A DNA stretch of 59,719 nucleotides from Chiloscyllium plagiosum (taxonomy: Eukaryota), in assembly GCF_004010195.1 (NCBI RefSeq), contig NC_057718.1:20996157-21055875 (forward strand), read 5' to 3'. A program made the position numbers and the translations under genes. The notes beneath the pieces are model-generated. The model was not told where the DNA came from, did not search any database, and saw only the letters and a list, made by a program, of their open reading frames with translations. Positions 40,774 to 53,320 of the stretch are shown here, piece by piece; positions within the stretch are counted from its first letter, which is position 1, and every line of letters starts with the position of its first letter.

Positions 40774-41360
40774 TGTGACGATGCTGCCTCTTTAACAAGT
40801 TATTTTGACATCATTTTCTTTCAAGAGAGGTCATTAAGGCTGAGATGCCAATATGTCAGCAAGTAGCTACTTTAAACAATGGCATGGGAGTAGCCAGTTC
40901 TCCCAATTCAGGTTTTTTTTCTAGTTTTGTTTGTTTTAATAGGCAGTCAGAAACTGCTGGTAGCAGAGAAGCTGTTACTGTGAAACAAGGTTCTATGCTT
41001 CAGCAGATGTTTCTTGCCTGACTACACCCTCAGAAATCTCTCCTGCCTGTAAAAACCTGAACTTGAATTTACCATTTGCCAAGAGGTGCGTTTATGACAT
41101 GTTGTGGGCATTGGAACAGCTCCTTTGTTAAGTTGTGATTTTGAGTCGGTTGGGCTTCCAAATAGTTAAGTTATTCTAAATTCTGTTTTATTTTGTTTGT
41201 GTTTCAACTGTAGTGTGTAAATAAATTCTGTTTTGCTTAAAGCCGAGTGGTTTGACCAGCTGCATCACTCCTGGAATATCCACTAAGCACCTGCCTTTAA
41301 AATAAGAAAAATGCAGCGTCTGGGCTACTTTCTTAAAGGAGTCTGGCGAGGTCCATAACA
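40774..41360 (+). mobile_element. Probable solo LTR
   Basis: Begins TGTGACG and ends CATAACA (imperfect terminal inverted repeat), ~590 bp, AATAAA at ~41219. No clear target duplication. Confidence 0.45.
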
Positions 41361-41519
41361 GATGTCAATTTTATATAATGTTTAGATGTCTCTTCCAATG
41401 CTTGGAGAGGAGAAGGGTGGGAGGTGAAGATTCTGTGACAGGCAGTCAGCATCACAGAAGAGCTGGTGAGGTGAGGACCCTTGTAGAGAAACAGACAGGC
41501 TGACATCAAACCCAAGTTA

Positions 41520-42095
41520 GACTCAGGACATGAACGTGAATAGGAGCGTATTGCCCAGGTGAGGCAGAAACTGGGTTTTTTTTGGAGGAAACAGCTCCCT
41601 CTCCATTACAGGTGAAAACCTCGGCATCAGGCATGAGATATTCTCAGTGTTGTTGTACATGACACAGGTGTGGCCCAATGCTAGAACCAACCCAGCCATT
41701 TTCCACTTTATCTGGAGATGTAAGAGGAACTGTGTCTGAGGGACACCATGTATAAAGCTCTGGATGGGGGTGGGGGTCATATCCATCACTGCCCTCATCC
41801 TGATGGCCACCTTTGTGCGTGGCTGCATCAAGCTGTGCTGAGACTGTTGGTACACAAACATCAAGTGTCACCACAGACTGAGTTTCTACTTGTACCCAGT
41901 GTTGTGAAGGATGGGTTCTGGCCTCGCCACTGTAGAGCGCTTTAAGCAATTGGAACTGTTCCATATCATCTGCCCTTCATGGGGAAATTTGCGAAGTAAA
42001 ACACCTTTAACCACAAGTCCATCAGGAAGTGGTCAGCACGTAGCGTCCTCAAACTCTGCAGGAAGAGGAGAGTGTGGATCCTGTCGGGCTGTTTC
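41520..42095 (+). mobile_element. Tx1/L1-clade LINE ORF2 internal fragment
   Basis: Frameshifted post-RT motifs ERIAQVRQKLG, SLSITG, AIFHFIWR, TMYKALDGGG and ALILMATFV. Confidence 0.6.
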
Positions 42096-42099
42096 ATGA

Positions 42100-42420
42100 G
42101 GGTGGCACAGTGACTAGCATTGCTGCCTCACCGTGCCAGAGGCCCAGGTTCAATTCCACTATCGGCTGACAGTCTATGTGGAATTTGCACATTCTCCCCA
42201 TGTCTGTGTGGGTGCTCTGGTTTCCTCCCACAAAGACGTGCAGGTGAGTGGATTAGCCATGCTAAATTGCCCAGGGATTGTTCAGGGATGTGTATGTTAA
42301 GTGCATTAGTCAGGGGTAAATACAGGGTAGTTGTATGAGTCTGGGTGGGTTGCTCTTCGGAGGGTCGATGTGGACTTGTTGGGCCAAGGGGCCTGTTTCC
42401 ACACTGTAGGGATTCTAATT
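42100..42420 (+). mobile_element. HE1-type SINE
   Basis: GGTGGCACAGTG head, GGTTCAATTCC, V-domain and GGCCTGTTTCCACACTGTAGG tail. Confidence 0.85.
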
Positions 42421-42794
42421 CAAATATATTTTATTCATTCCTTACTAAACTCACTCCAGTCTTATCTAGCCTTTCTTCTGGATTCCAGATTCATTCACAT
42501 TTTAACTTGTTGTTCCATCTCAGCTCCTGATCCTTCTATGCTACTTGTGGGCACCATGGGACAAATTTGGGACGAAGGGCCTATTTCCATGCTGTATTAC
42601 TCTATGACTCATCCCTCTGCCAATCTAGTTTACATCTGCTCCAACAATGTGAACAAACATCACCACAAGGGTGTTGTTTCTGGTCCTGTTCAAATGTCTA
42701 AATTGTATGGATCCTACCTCCCCAAAAATGGTCCCAATGTCTCAGAAATGTAAGGAGGCCAAGTGATATTATTGCTAGACTGTTAATCCAGAGA

Positions 42795-43262
42795 GGAGAA
42801 AGTGAGGTCTGCAGATGCTGGAGATCAGAGCTGGAAATGTGTTGCTGGAAAAGCGCAGGCAGCATCCAGGGAACAGGAGAATCGACGTTTCGGGCATAAG
42901 CCCTTCTTCAGGAATGAGGAAAGTTTGTCCAGCAGGCTAAGATAAAAGGTAGGGAGGAGGGACTTGGGGGAGGGGCGTCGGGAATGTGATAGGTGGAAAG
43001 AGGTCAAGGTGAGGGTGATAGGTCAGACTGGGGTGGGGGCGGAGAGGTCGGGAAGAAGATTGCAGGTTAGGAAGGCGGTGCTGAATTTGATGGATTTGAC
43101 TGAGACAGGGTGGGGGGAGGGGAAATGAGGAAACTGGTGAAATCCAAGTTCATCCCTTGTGGTTGGAGGGTTCCTAGCCGGAAGATGAGGCGTTCTTCCT
43201 CCAACCGTCGTTTTGTTGTGGTTCTTCCTCCATCGTCAGACCACAACAAAACGACGGTTGGA
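42795..43262 (-). mobile_element. Penelope-like element family A, 5'-truncated with terminal foldback
   Basis: TTTKRRLEEERLIFRLGTLQPQGMNLDF (GIY-YIG C-terminus) in ORF 43067-43339. Tail near-identical to 11080-11350 and 59419-59719. Confidence 0.88.
42879..42916 (-). ncRNA. Minimal type I hammerhead ribozyme motif (PLE-borne)
   Basis: Minus strand reads CAUUC-CUGAAGA-A-GGGC(UUAU)GCCC-GAAAC-GUC-GAUUC. Core boxes and 4-bp stem II are intact; activity is not shown. Confidence 0.7.
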
Positions 43263-43269
43263 TTTACTG

Positions 43270-43495
43270 TGGTGAATCCATCCAACCTGCACATGCCCGG
43301 ACACAACGGGAAAGTTTTTGCATGGCATGGCCAATCCACCTAACCTACACTTTCTTTGGACTGTGGAAGGAAACTTATGCAGACAAGGGGAGAACGTCCG
43401 AAATCCACACAGAAATTCACCCAAGGCTGGAATCGAATCCAGGTCCCTGGTGTTGTGAGGCAGTAGCACTAACCAATCATCCATCATGCTGCCCA
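43270..43495 (-). mobile_element. HE1-related SINE 5' portion
   Basis: Reverse complement has a tRNA head (GGTTAGTGCTACTGCCTCAC, GATTCGATTCC) and a partial V-domain. Confidence 0.75.
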
Positions 43496-44189
43496 GTTCC
43501 ATTGGATGTGAGGTGACTGTAGTGATCACTCATTGAACGCAAATGTGTTTCTGCTCAAAAGGCAAGCGGCCCCTGTGCGTTCTCAGAAGCAAGTGCAGCT
43601 TTTGTTTGTATTCACTTTTGCTGTTACTGAATAAAAGTGAATATTTTCAACTGCTAAATGCTTATCAATATATGATGGTCCCATAGTGAACAATTAAAAG
43701 CTATTAGGCTACTCTTGACATTAGGGAAAGAGTAGCACACACTCTTAGACATGGTACTAGAATGGGATGACACCAAGAATGAGTAACCAGTGTAGCTTGG
43801 TTCTCAAATAGCAACACATTTATGAATTTGAACTTGCATTAGCGATGTCAGTCACGCCACCTAGGTGCCCTGAAACGTCCTTCTTTTCGTTCCTCTTTTA
43901 CTATGTGAATGACAAAGGGCAACTCCTAGCTGTCAGCACCTGTCTGGTGACATGGCTCAGCTTTAAAAGTGGCACTGGAAGATCCTGACTGTGGCAAGTA
44001 CATCAGCCTGTGGTGATATGAAAGATAGAATGAGATGTATTGTATAAGTAACGAGGAATATCACAGAGAATAGAGAGAAAAACAAACCTCCTTAAACTTG
44101 CCACAATTAACACTTAGCTGATTTCTGGTAAAAATTCAATCCAGAGTTTCTTTGCACCAGTGGTGCAGAAAGTCAATGTTCACTGCATC

Positions 44190-45900
44190 CCACTGGATGC
44201 TTTATCCTGGATGACATCGAGCTTCTTAAGTGTTGTTGAATCTGCAATCATCCAGGCCAGTGGGGAGTATTCCATCATTTGTACCTTGCAAATAATGGAC
44301 AGTCATGGGTGTAAGGGTCAGGAGGTGTTCAGTTTCTGATCAATGATAACCCCAAATATTAATAGTGGTTGATTCAATAATGGTAATGCAATCAAATGTC
44401 TAGGGTTGTTGGTTACATTGTCTCTTGTTGAGGATGGTTATTGCACTACATTGCTTGGAATAAATCTTTATGGAAAGCCAGTATGATTTCCAACCAAATG
44501 ATGAAACTATGGACATATTTTCACAGTAAACAACTCCAAGAGAAATGTCAGGAACAATGCCAAAGACTCCACATATTCTTCATCGTCATGACCAAGGTTT
44601 CAGATTCAGTCAATTGGGATGTATGGAAGACCCTAAATGCTGGAACTTCATCAACATTCTTCATCTCCTCCACGACAAGATGTCATTGACTGTCCTCACC
44701 AACGGCAAATATGACAGAATCCTTTGAGGTCATGGCAGGTCAAGCATGGATGTATGACTGCCCCACTCCTCCACTTTCATTGCCATCATTCTTCATCTTG
44801 TCAATAACAAGCTCCCAGCAATGTGAACATTGCCTATAGATTGCGTGGATAACTTTATCAACCATAACCAGTTGAAATCCAAGAAGAAAATAACACTGAC
44901 AGTGTCATCCGCATACTGAATTTCCACAAGTAATGTCACCTCCACTTTCTTGGAAGACAGCCTTCAAGCCTTTTTGAATGCCTTCTCGAAAGCATACCAA
45001 AGAATTAGTCCAACCTTAACGTCAAGAAGACTCTAGTCCTGTACCAAACCATCCCATTCAGATCATAGAATCATTAATCCCTACAGTGTGGAAGCAGGCC
45101 ATTTGGTCCATCAAGTCCACACCTACCCTCCAAAGAGCATCCCACAATCCCCCACCTTCTCCCTAAAATCCTGCATTTCCCATGGCTAATCCATCTAACC
45201 TGCAGTTTCTGGAGTCTGGGCAATTTAACATGGACAATCCAGCTAACCTCAACGGAGAAATACTTCAAAGACTCCCTGCAGGTATATTTCAAGGAATGTA
45301 ACATAGATGTCAACACCTAGGAGACTTTGCTTAGAAGAAATCAACTTGGAGGAGCCTTGTTTGAAGGGACACGATCCTTCAAGAACACCCCTTAGCCAAA
45401 AGGATTATGGAAATGGAACTTGAGAAAACAAAGCATGTGATTGTGCCATGGACCAAGTCTACTTTCCAGAAACACCACCAAATGTGTGGTCAAATATACC
45501 CACCTCTAGGATTGGGCTCATTAGCCACACAAGGACCTACTTAGCCCATCACCAGTGATGCAGAATCTCCTTGGTGAACAATCACATTCATTACTGAGTG
45601 AGTACCAACGAGATTTTCTCTTGTTGAGATTGTCACTGCCTGGCACTTGTGTGGCACAAATATTACTTGCCACTTTTCAGCTGAAGCCTTGAGACTGTTC
45701 AGATCTTGTTGTTTATGAACACAGTCTGCTCCAGTATCCGAGGAGTCATAAATGGAGCTGAGTGCTGTATAATCATGAGTGAACATTCCTACTTCTGACT
45801 GTAGCGGACAGAAGGTCAGTGATGAAGCAGCCAAAGATAACTAGGCCGAAGACAATACCCTGAGGAACTCCTGCAGAGATGTATGACCTCTAACAACCAC
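44190..45900 (-). mobile_element. Family-B LINE fragment (44190-44445 and 45615-45900) split by an RTE
   Basis: Both parts match the reverse complement of family B. TCTCTTGTTGAG occurs on both sides of the interruption. Confidence 0.65.
44460..45545 (+). mobile_element. RTE-clade LINE fragment containing an HE1 3' fragment at ~45062-45250 (minus)
   Basis: KQLQEKCQEQ, TKVSDSVN and FINILHLLHDKM RTE RT motifs; SRIGLISH-like end near 45506-45530. Confidence 0.7.
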
Positions 45901-46255
45901 AACGTTTTAAAGCCTTTAACTTATAAAAGAAATTTAACAAAATATGTGCCCCTCTTCCTTAACTTCTCCTAAGGAATCTGTGTTCTCATTTCATTATTAA
46001 TTGCCATCTTCCTGGACTTTTTGTTTTATTACCTGTAGATTTGCAGAAATATTTGAAGTAATTGAAACTTTGGGTGAACCCATGAGTTGGGTAGGCCCAA
46101 AGCAGAAGACCCGCCTATTCAAAAGCCTACCAAAACAGGGCAATGAACAGTAAGCTCCGAGGCAGCCAGTTTACAGTGCTCATGCTGTGGAATTAAAGGG
46201 CAGCTAAAAGAAGGCGAGACTGCCCACTGCAGGCACAGAACGTTTCAATGCAATA

Positions 46256-46982
46256 CAGAGGAACCGCGATTGTCCAAAATTGGATTATCCGAAGGAGATC
46301 TCGAGGTCCCGATGGAAACATTACATGAAAAACGTGTTTCCAACAGTCATCACGTCTTTTGTTTACAGGGATTAAACAAGCACCATCTCCAAATGACCTC
46401 CTGCCCTCTCTCTTTCCCTGGAGTTCAACAGAGGGGTGTACCCTAAACCCCCCTTCCCCAAATAATCTCTCCAACATTGTCCTGTACAGGGCAAATGTGG
46501 AATCTATCAAAAAGTTGTGGTGTGTGTGTGTGCGCACGCGCGAGAGAGAGCGACAGAGAGAGCGCGAGCGAGAGAGCATTCTATTTGGAGACTTACCCCA
46601 CAAAGGCTGCAGCAGCAGCAGTCTTGTTGCTGGCATCCAGTCCAGTTGCCCAGAGAGTGTGCGGATGTGCATGGGGGATGTTGGGGGCGGGGCCCGGTAT
46701 CAGACGGGGCTAGGAGAGGGGGGTGTTGGGGGCGGGGAGGGTAGTNGGTCAGTCAGGGGCGGGGGGAGGTGTCAGACGGAGTCGGGGGCAGGGGGAGGTG
46801 TCAGACGGGGTTGGGGTCGGGGGGGTCTCATGCGCTGTCATGCTGCCTTACCTCCTGAACGGTGAGCAGACTTTAAAAACTCCGAGCCCCAGAGGAAAGG
46901 AATTTAATCGATTAACTGAATATTCGATTATCCGAACAATATAGTGATCGCCCATCACATTCAGATAATCGAGGTTCCCCTG
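46256..46982. mobile_element. Tc1/mariner (Tigger/pogo-like) non-autonomous element
   Basis: TIRs CAGAGGAACCGCGATTGTCCAAA and CAGGGGAACCTCGATTATCTGAA (18/23 match). TA at left, CA at right. Subterminal GATTATCCGAA repeats. Confidence 0.7.
46520..46825. repeat. (TG)n/(AG)n microsatellite and G-rich GGAGGTGTCAGACGG-type minisatellite inside the MITE
   Basis: Seen directly; TCAGACGG occurs three times among G runs; one N at 46746. Confidence 0.8.
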
Positions 46983-47482
46983 CATAGACTATTCCTTTTC
47001 TCTTTCATTAAAATTTCTGGAATATTTGGATGAAAATGAATACTCAAGTTTGACTTAAAATTAAGGTAAAATCATCAAGCAATCAAGCTTTTAATTGTTA
47101 ACAAATGAAGCATCAAACAATAAAAATTAGAAACTGAAAATGAAACATTCTCAGGAGGATGTATATGGCTTACACCTGCCTTAACTAATAGTTCTCCATG
47201 AAAAATTATGGTTGGAATATTTGCGAGATATGAATCTCTCAGGTTTTCATGCTTATTCTATTTGCACAATCAATTCAAATAAATCTGATCAAGAATGAGG
47301 CAAAGTAATAAATTGGTTTAAGACAGCAAGACTTTTCTTCACACATTTGTTCCAATTCTTGACAAGCAGTGCAAATGCTAATTACATTAAATTTGCAGTT
47401 TGTCGATTTAGAAAATTTATGATGCGACATACATTTAAAAAAAAAATTTTTCACAAGATATATGACACTAGCCAGATCTGTA

Positions 47483-47602
47483 TTGGGCTTTTGCCTGAAA
47501 CGTCAGTTCTCCTGCTACTTGGCTGCTGCTTGACCTGCTGTGCTTTTCCAGCACCACACTCGTGACTCTAATCTCCAGCATCTGCAGTCCTCACTTTCAC
47601 CT
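47483..47602 (+). mobile_element. 120-bp family-A PLE mini-insertion with 9-bp target duplication
   Basis: AGATCTGTA at 47474-47482 and 47603-47611. Homology starts at hammerhead stem II (GGGCTTTTGCC). Confidence 0.8.
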
Positions 47603-47611
47603 AGATCTGTA

Positions 47612-47860
47612 GTTATTGCCCATCCCTAACTGTCAAGGGCAGTTGACAGTCAAAGACATTGTGGGTCTGGAGTCACATGTATGCCAGATTGGGTAAGCAC
47701 AGCAGATTACCTTCCCTAAGGAACACAGCTAACCAGATGGGTTTTTCTGACAATCAGCAAAAGCTTCACGATCAGCATTAAACTCTTAATCCCAGACTTT
47801 TTTATACCGAATTCAAGTTCCACCATCTTCCATGGCAGGGTTTGAATCTATCTCCCTAGA
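47612..47860 (-). mobile_element. tRNA-headed bipartite SINE (family-B partner), 5'-eroded
   Basis: Reverse complement is collinear with 58895-59140, including the head/tail junction. Confidence 0.7.
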
Positions 47861-50800
47861 AAATTACAATTATAAAAAAGGAAAAGTAGTTTTGATAATT
47901 TGAATGCGCTTTTATCTTAGTTCCATGTGACATTTCCTCTCTCATTTGGGGCAATGTGACAAGCAGGTCTTTATAATAACCGCACTGAAATCAATTAATT
48001 CTCTTCTCCAGGTATCAACTTTAACACTTGCATCAAGCTATCTCCACAATAGATGAAGGGTAAAAGTGGACTCACCAGCCATGGAATATTACTGCAGGTT
48101 TTCTGCATGGAATTAATAGAATTATTTCCTCCTACCAGTGAGCTGTTAAGTTACTATGGGAGTGAAATGATTGGTCTCCAGATATCATGAATCAGGAAAA
48201 TGGTCTGGGAGCAAGTTGGTCACTTAAATATAATCCTGAACAAATTGCTGCAAATAGTTTCAGAAATGGGTTGGGAACAAGTTTCTCACTTACCCTCTTA
48301 ACCACAGGATACATGTGCCTGGGAAAGATCAGAAGAAAAACGGGGAGAAAATAGAAAAGTTATGTAAAACACCCAACTTTGTCCCCATCCCTCACTTTTC
48401 TTCCCCTTTCGCTGACACTTTTCCTTTCATACTTTTACAAACAACTTCAACAAAACATTTAGGATAAAACATTTAGAGTTCCTCTTGAGTAATACTAATT
48501 TTCCTCTCCACACATTTAAATCGCTACTGATTTTTAATTCACTACTTTTCCCTTTTTGTTTTTCTTTCTAAACTTTAAAATCACATTCCAGCTCATGAGC
48601 TATATTACCTCTTTATGTATCAATGAGCAGTTCTCAGTTGCAGGCAGCAGTGTGATCTTCATTCTGAATTAATGTACATAATTGTAGCAAGAAATAGAAC
48701 ACTGTATATCTCCTAGTTTCTGTGCTTGGAAGTTACATCATTTACAGCGACTGCAAATTGTGCAATGACAATGCGGGTAGCTGACCAAGTTTCTGTAGAG
48801 AGATTTTCTGCACGCTTTGATTTAATTTATTGAACAAAGATTATTTTAAGTGCTCAGAAGGAAACTTAATTGCTGAAATCTACTAACATGTACATAGATG
48901 ACAAAGGCATATTCGGCACCACAATAAATAGGCAAATAGTCAATTTCAAATATATAGAAACAAACAAAAATAGGAAATAAAGGAATTACCTCCAAAAAGA
49001 TACTTTAATTAAGATTCCTAAATATTAATAACTAAAGAATATTGCCATAGTAACTCTCAAATGTTGCACATTTCCAGTCTACCTTGAAGATGTAAGGATA
49101 TTTTCTAGTCAACCACTTCAGATGCAATTTTGGCAGATATAGAATTTGAATATGGGCCTCCTGGTTCAGAGGTAGGAATGTCACAAGACCCTCCTGAAGA
49201 TGTAAACCTATCCTCATTAAAATATCTTAGCTATGTAGCTAAATCAGTCATTTGAAAATTTTTTACACTTTGAACAATTATTCCAAGGGAAAATCAAACA
49301 CTTGAAATGGTCTTGATACTTGACATGATGGATGTAAACTGTTGCCTAAAGTATACTTATTCTTCAAGAGAATGTTGAAAAATGTGGAATATTACCACAT
49401 GGAGTGATTTGAGGCAGACAGCAAAGATACATTTCAGAGAAAGCTAGACCAATTAATGGGGGAGAAGGTATAGAAGGATATGGTGTCAGAGACAGATGAT
49501 ATGAAGAGATAGGAGCTTGCGTGGAGTATCAGGATAGCATCCTTTCATGGATCTGTTGTGTCAAATAGCCTATTCGGTTTGTATGTAATTCTGGAAAAGC
49601 AAAGTGCAAGAAAAAAATTAGGTCCTGCCCATGAAGGATTGTAACCATCTCGTCATCAAAGAGAAAGGGCATGTGATATCACAAATAATCTTCCTCCAGA
49701 GTTTAGGAACTTTGTGTTCGAGGCTCAAATCTTTTGATCTCTCAATTGTCAGAGATTGAAAATATGAAAGAAGATGTACATTCATACCTCATGAAAGCCC
49801 TGCTATGTGGACATATATAACAGTTGCCCAGGAAATGTAAATATCTGACGGGCTGACTCCCTACTATCAGGGAGCCTCCTTGAAAAATCACCAACTTTCA
49901 GCTTAGAGCACAGACTTGGGCTAGATATACACAGCTTACCTTAATAGATGCCCAGGAAATGTTGGACAATTTAAAACCTGGCTTGGAAGCTGGACAACTA
50001 CATAATCAATCCGTAATCATTCAAGACCTACCCCACCTGATTACCTGACTACCGACATCTCTTCCCCATCCAGACAAGACTATCATTCATCAACTATCCA
50101 CACACCTCACCCACCTAATTCATCCCCATTCCTTAAATCACATTCAGCCATTAAAAGGACTGAATATGGTAGGAACTGTCATAAACAGTAGGTATGTCCA
50201 CATCTTCCTTTGACTCTCTTGGGAGTTGGATGGGTTATTTGGACTACACATTTCTCTGTCTGCTGGGATTGAAAGATTCTGGGCAAAATGAGTGTTATTA
50301 GTGTCAGGTTCAGGAAATCTTCCTGAGCAGCAGCAAAGTACCCAGCATTGACAGGACTCAAAAATCTAGGCTATTAGCAATGGAATGTGATACCACTTCC
50401 AGCCCCTCTGTAATCAGGATTTTAGTGACTCGCAAATTTGGCCCCTGGTTATTTCTCAGACAGCAAGAATAAAGATGTTCTGCCCGAGGGGCTGTGGCAT
50501 AATATCTCCATTCAGACAATAAAAACCTATCTGTAATAACCCAATATTTGCAGGATTCAAACAGTATTATCCAATTTCCAAGGAAAAGGAGAAAAAAAGT
50601 GTGGGTACACAAGTCCTTCATGTAAAAGTGCAGAAATACATATATCAATATGATGCCAAATTTATTCATACAGAACAGTTGCTTCAGAACCAGTGTAAGT
50701 GCAGCACAGGCAAAGAAAGGTCGATGTAACTGCACAACTTGCTCAGCAAACTGTGCAGGAACTTCTGCACTGCACATCATGAGGTATAGTTTTCCCTTCT

Positions 50801-51589
50801 CTACTCAGAAATGCTACACAGGTAATTTAAACCGAGGTCACTGGAAAACAAATTGAGAGAGAAAAAAAAGCTAAAAATCAATAAAAATGCAGTTGGATGA
50901 CTGATGGATTCAGGTGATGTTTCAATCACAAGAGTAAAGGAGAATTTGGCAACGAGCATTTTAAACTCAAGCTTAGTCAAAGTTCTTGAAAATTTGATTG
51001 CCTTTAAAATTCTTAACTTTTATGTGGAGAGTTCTTTTGTTGAAGGCAGTAAGTGTCTATGATAATGCTCACACTAAAGGTTAAAATAGAAAGGTGTACT
51101 ATTGTTAAAATCACAGTGTTCACGACAGCAAGTGATTTGGTGCTTCAAGCCATTTATTACTTCTTGAATTCATTTAGAAATCAGCATTTTCAGTGCTGGA
51201 GATTTTGTGAAACCATATTTAGACAATTTGTGATACACACAGTAACAAAGTTTGTAGGATGTGTCACAGGATATCACACTGTATAGTTGGTCTGAATACT
51301 GCTTTAACTGAACCTCCACAAAATCATATGACTTCCTCCCTGTGATGTATTTATTACCTGAGAGTGACAGTATTTTTGTCCATGATGCTAGCTTAAGTAT
51401 GGGTTGCAGCTAGGCAGTATCCTGTTTATATCAACAGGGTTTAACTTGAATTACATATCGAGCTCCTTTCCCAGAAACGTAATTTAAAACAAACAAACTG
51501 CTGTTGGCAGTGCCTCATTCCCTACAACAATTTACAGAGATTTCAATCTTTTCAGAGAAGATTTGCACCTTGATGCTCAACTGTTTTAA

Positions 51590-53320
51590 ATATCCCTTGG
51601 TGTGTATCAGGAGTCCCACTCTGGCATGGCATTTGCTATAGATGAATACAGTGCACTGAGAAAGGTCAGGAGTTTCTGCTCTCTGTTTCATGTAGGCTCT
51701 CTTCTCAGCTAGCTGAGCATTCTGTTTCGCCTTGCCTCTTCCAGCACCTCTCGAGAAAGTTGACCTCCAGAGGTCACAACTGTCAAGGACAGTTATTATA
51801 TCTGCTTCAAGACCTGCTATCTTCATACATCATTAGGAGGTATCTTTGTACTGGGCGTATGAACATCCAGGAGGTCAATGGCCAGTTCATTGTATTGACG
51901 ATCTTTGGGTGTTCAGTTGTCAGCCATTTGAATGAATGCAGCCAAGCTCATTTTTTCAAGATGGCAGCGAAGTAGGACGCTCTAGTCGGAGCTTGTCCGC
52001 TTCATTCATTTCTTTTCTTTTTTTCCTTTTTTTTCTCCTTCTTGGTGATGTCTTGAACTCCTGGCCTCAGCGTGGACCTGGCTTAGTGGTCCCTCAGTAG
52101 CCCAGCATAGTAGTCTCCTGGCCCGGTATGACAATCTCTCAGCATGGACTTTTCGCCTCAAAGTGAAGGAGTGGTCTGGAGGCTAGCTGCTGGTATAGAC
52201 TGGATTGGAAGGACTGCTAGTCTGACTTTTCATTTCTTTATTTCTCTAATTTATTCCTATGATTTGTAATGCTGGACTTCTATTTCTTTGTTTTTCTAAT
52301 TTTTCCTCTGTAAGAATTTGTACTTTAGAATCTGTACCCAGGTGCCTTTGTACCTAAGATGGCACCATAACTGGCAGCTTGTAAACTTCTCACTACTCAT
52401 GTGAGTATGTGACAATAAAATTAATTTTAGCACAGATTATTTTCTCAGCAGTACTCTTTTCATTAGTTATACGGACACACACAGAAAATGATTACAAATA
52501 GTGACATTTGTGACCTCCCTCTCTGCGAGTGCTGTCTGATGGAACAGGAAAAACATCCTTAATCTGGTCAATTTTCATCCCAGATTCAGCCAGGGCTCCA
52601 AATCTAGGGGTCTTGGTTGTGTTGCCTTCAGTAGCACACAACTTGATGTGTAGAGTGGTGTCTTAATAATTAATGCATGCTGATGGAATGAGCATGTTAC
52701 AGGACATCCCTGTCCGGCACAGATTCGCCAAAGTCATATCCAAGATATCAAAGGTAGATACTGTTCAGCTTTCCTCCTGCTTAGCACATATTGCCCAGGC
52801 CTCAGTACCTTACTGGGGTACACTTAGGATAAAAGTGGATAGACTTTCATTTGGTGATCTCAGTCAGGTTGTTATTGTTCCACATGGTCTTATGCAGCCT
52901 TGACGAAACAGCCTTTGCAATGCTGGTGATAACCTACTAGTCATCATGGAGCTAGATATGAGAAGCTACCAATTTGGCGGAATATAGAATGATAACATCG
53001 TGGGCCATATAATTTGTTTTCCCGATGCTGATGATCAAACCAAACCCTTTACAGGCATGAAAAATATCTGTCCAAATGCCACTGATTCTTAAAAATGAAT
53101 GCTGCTACAGATTGCAGCAACGAAGAAACTGACGTGATGAGTACAGCAAACAACAATGCAATCTATGCTGTAAGGGTCGGTAAGCGAGTGTAAATATTCT
53201 GTTAAATGGCGCTTAGAGGTCTTGAACCCAGTTCCAGAAACCTCAAGAAACTGCATCAGATTTGGGAGTCTGATAAGAAAGATCACCATACTTTGGTATG
53301 TGAATGGAAGAGATGAACAA
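51590..53320 (-). mobile_element. Old RTE-clade LINE, interrupted at ~51957-52420
   Basis: FGLIISIGKTNYM (~53005-53050), GTEAW, YKD...DLWRS and CHARVGLLIH motifs on the minus strand. Confidence 0.6.
51957..52420 (+). mobile_element. Short non-coding retroelement with a Rex1/Babar-like tail
   Basis: Starts CAAGATGGC and ends TCACTAC...GTATGTGACAATAAA. Interrupts the RTE relic. Family assignment is from memory. Confidence 0.4.

Noticed and set aside
46193..46944. Overlapping 159-168 aa ORFs or a CpG-island promoter
   Set aside because: The ORFs come from low-complexity microsatellite and G-rich sequence inside a TIR-bounded element, with no protein motif.
50358..50856. 140-aa and Cys-rich 68-aa ORFs as a nested gene
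   Set aside because: No recognisable domain or splice structure; lengths are compatible with chance.
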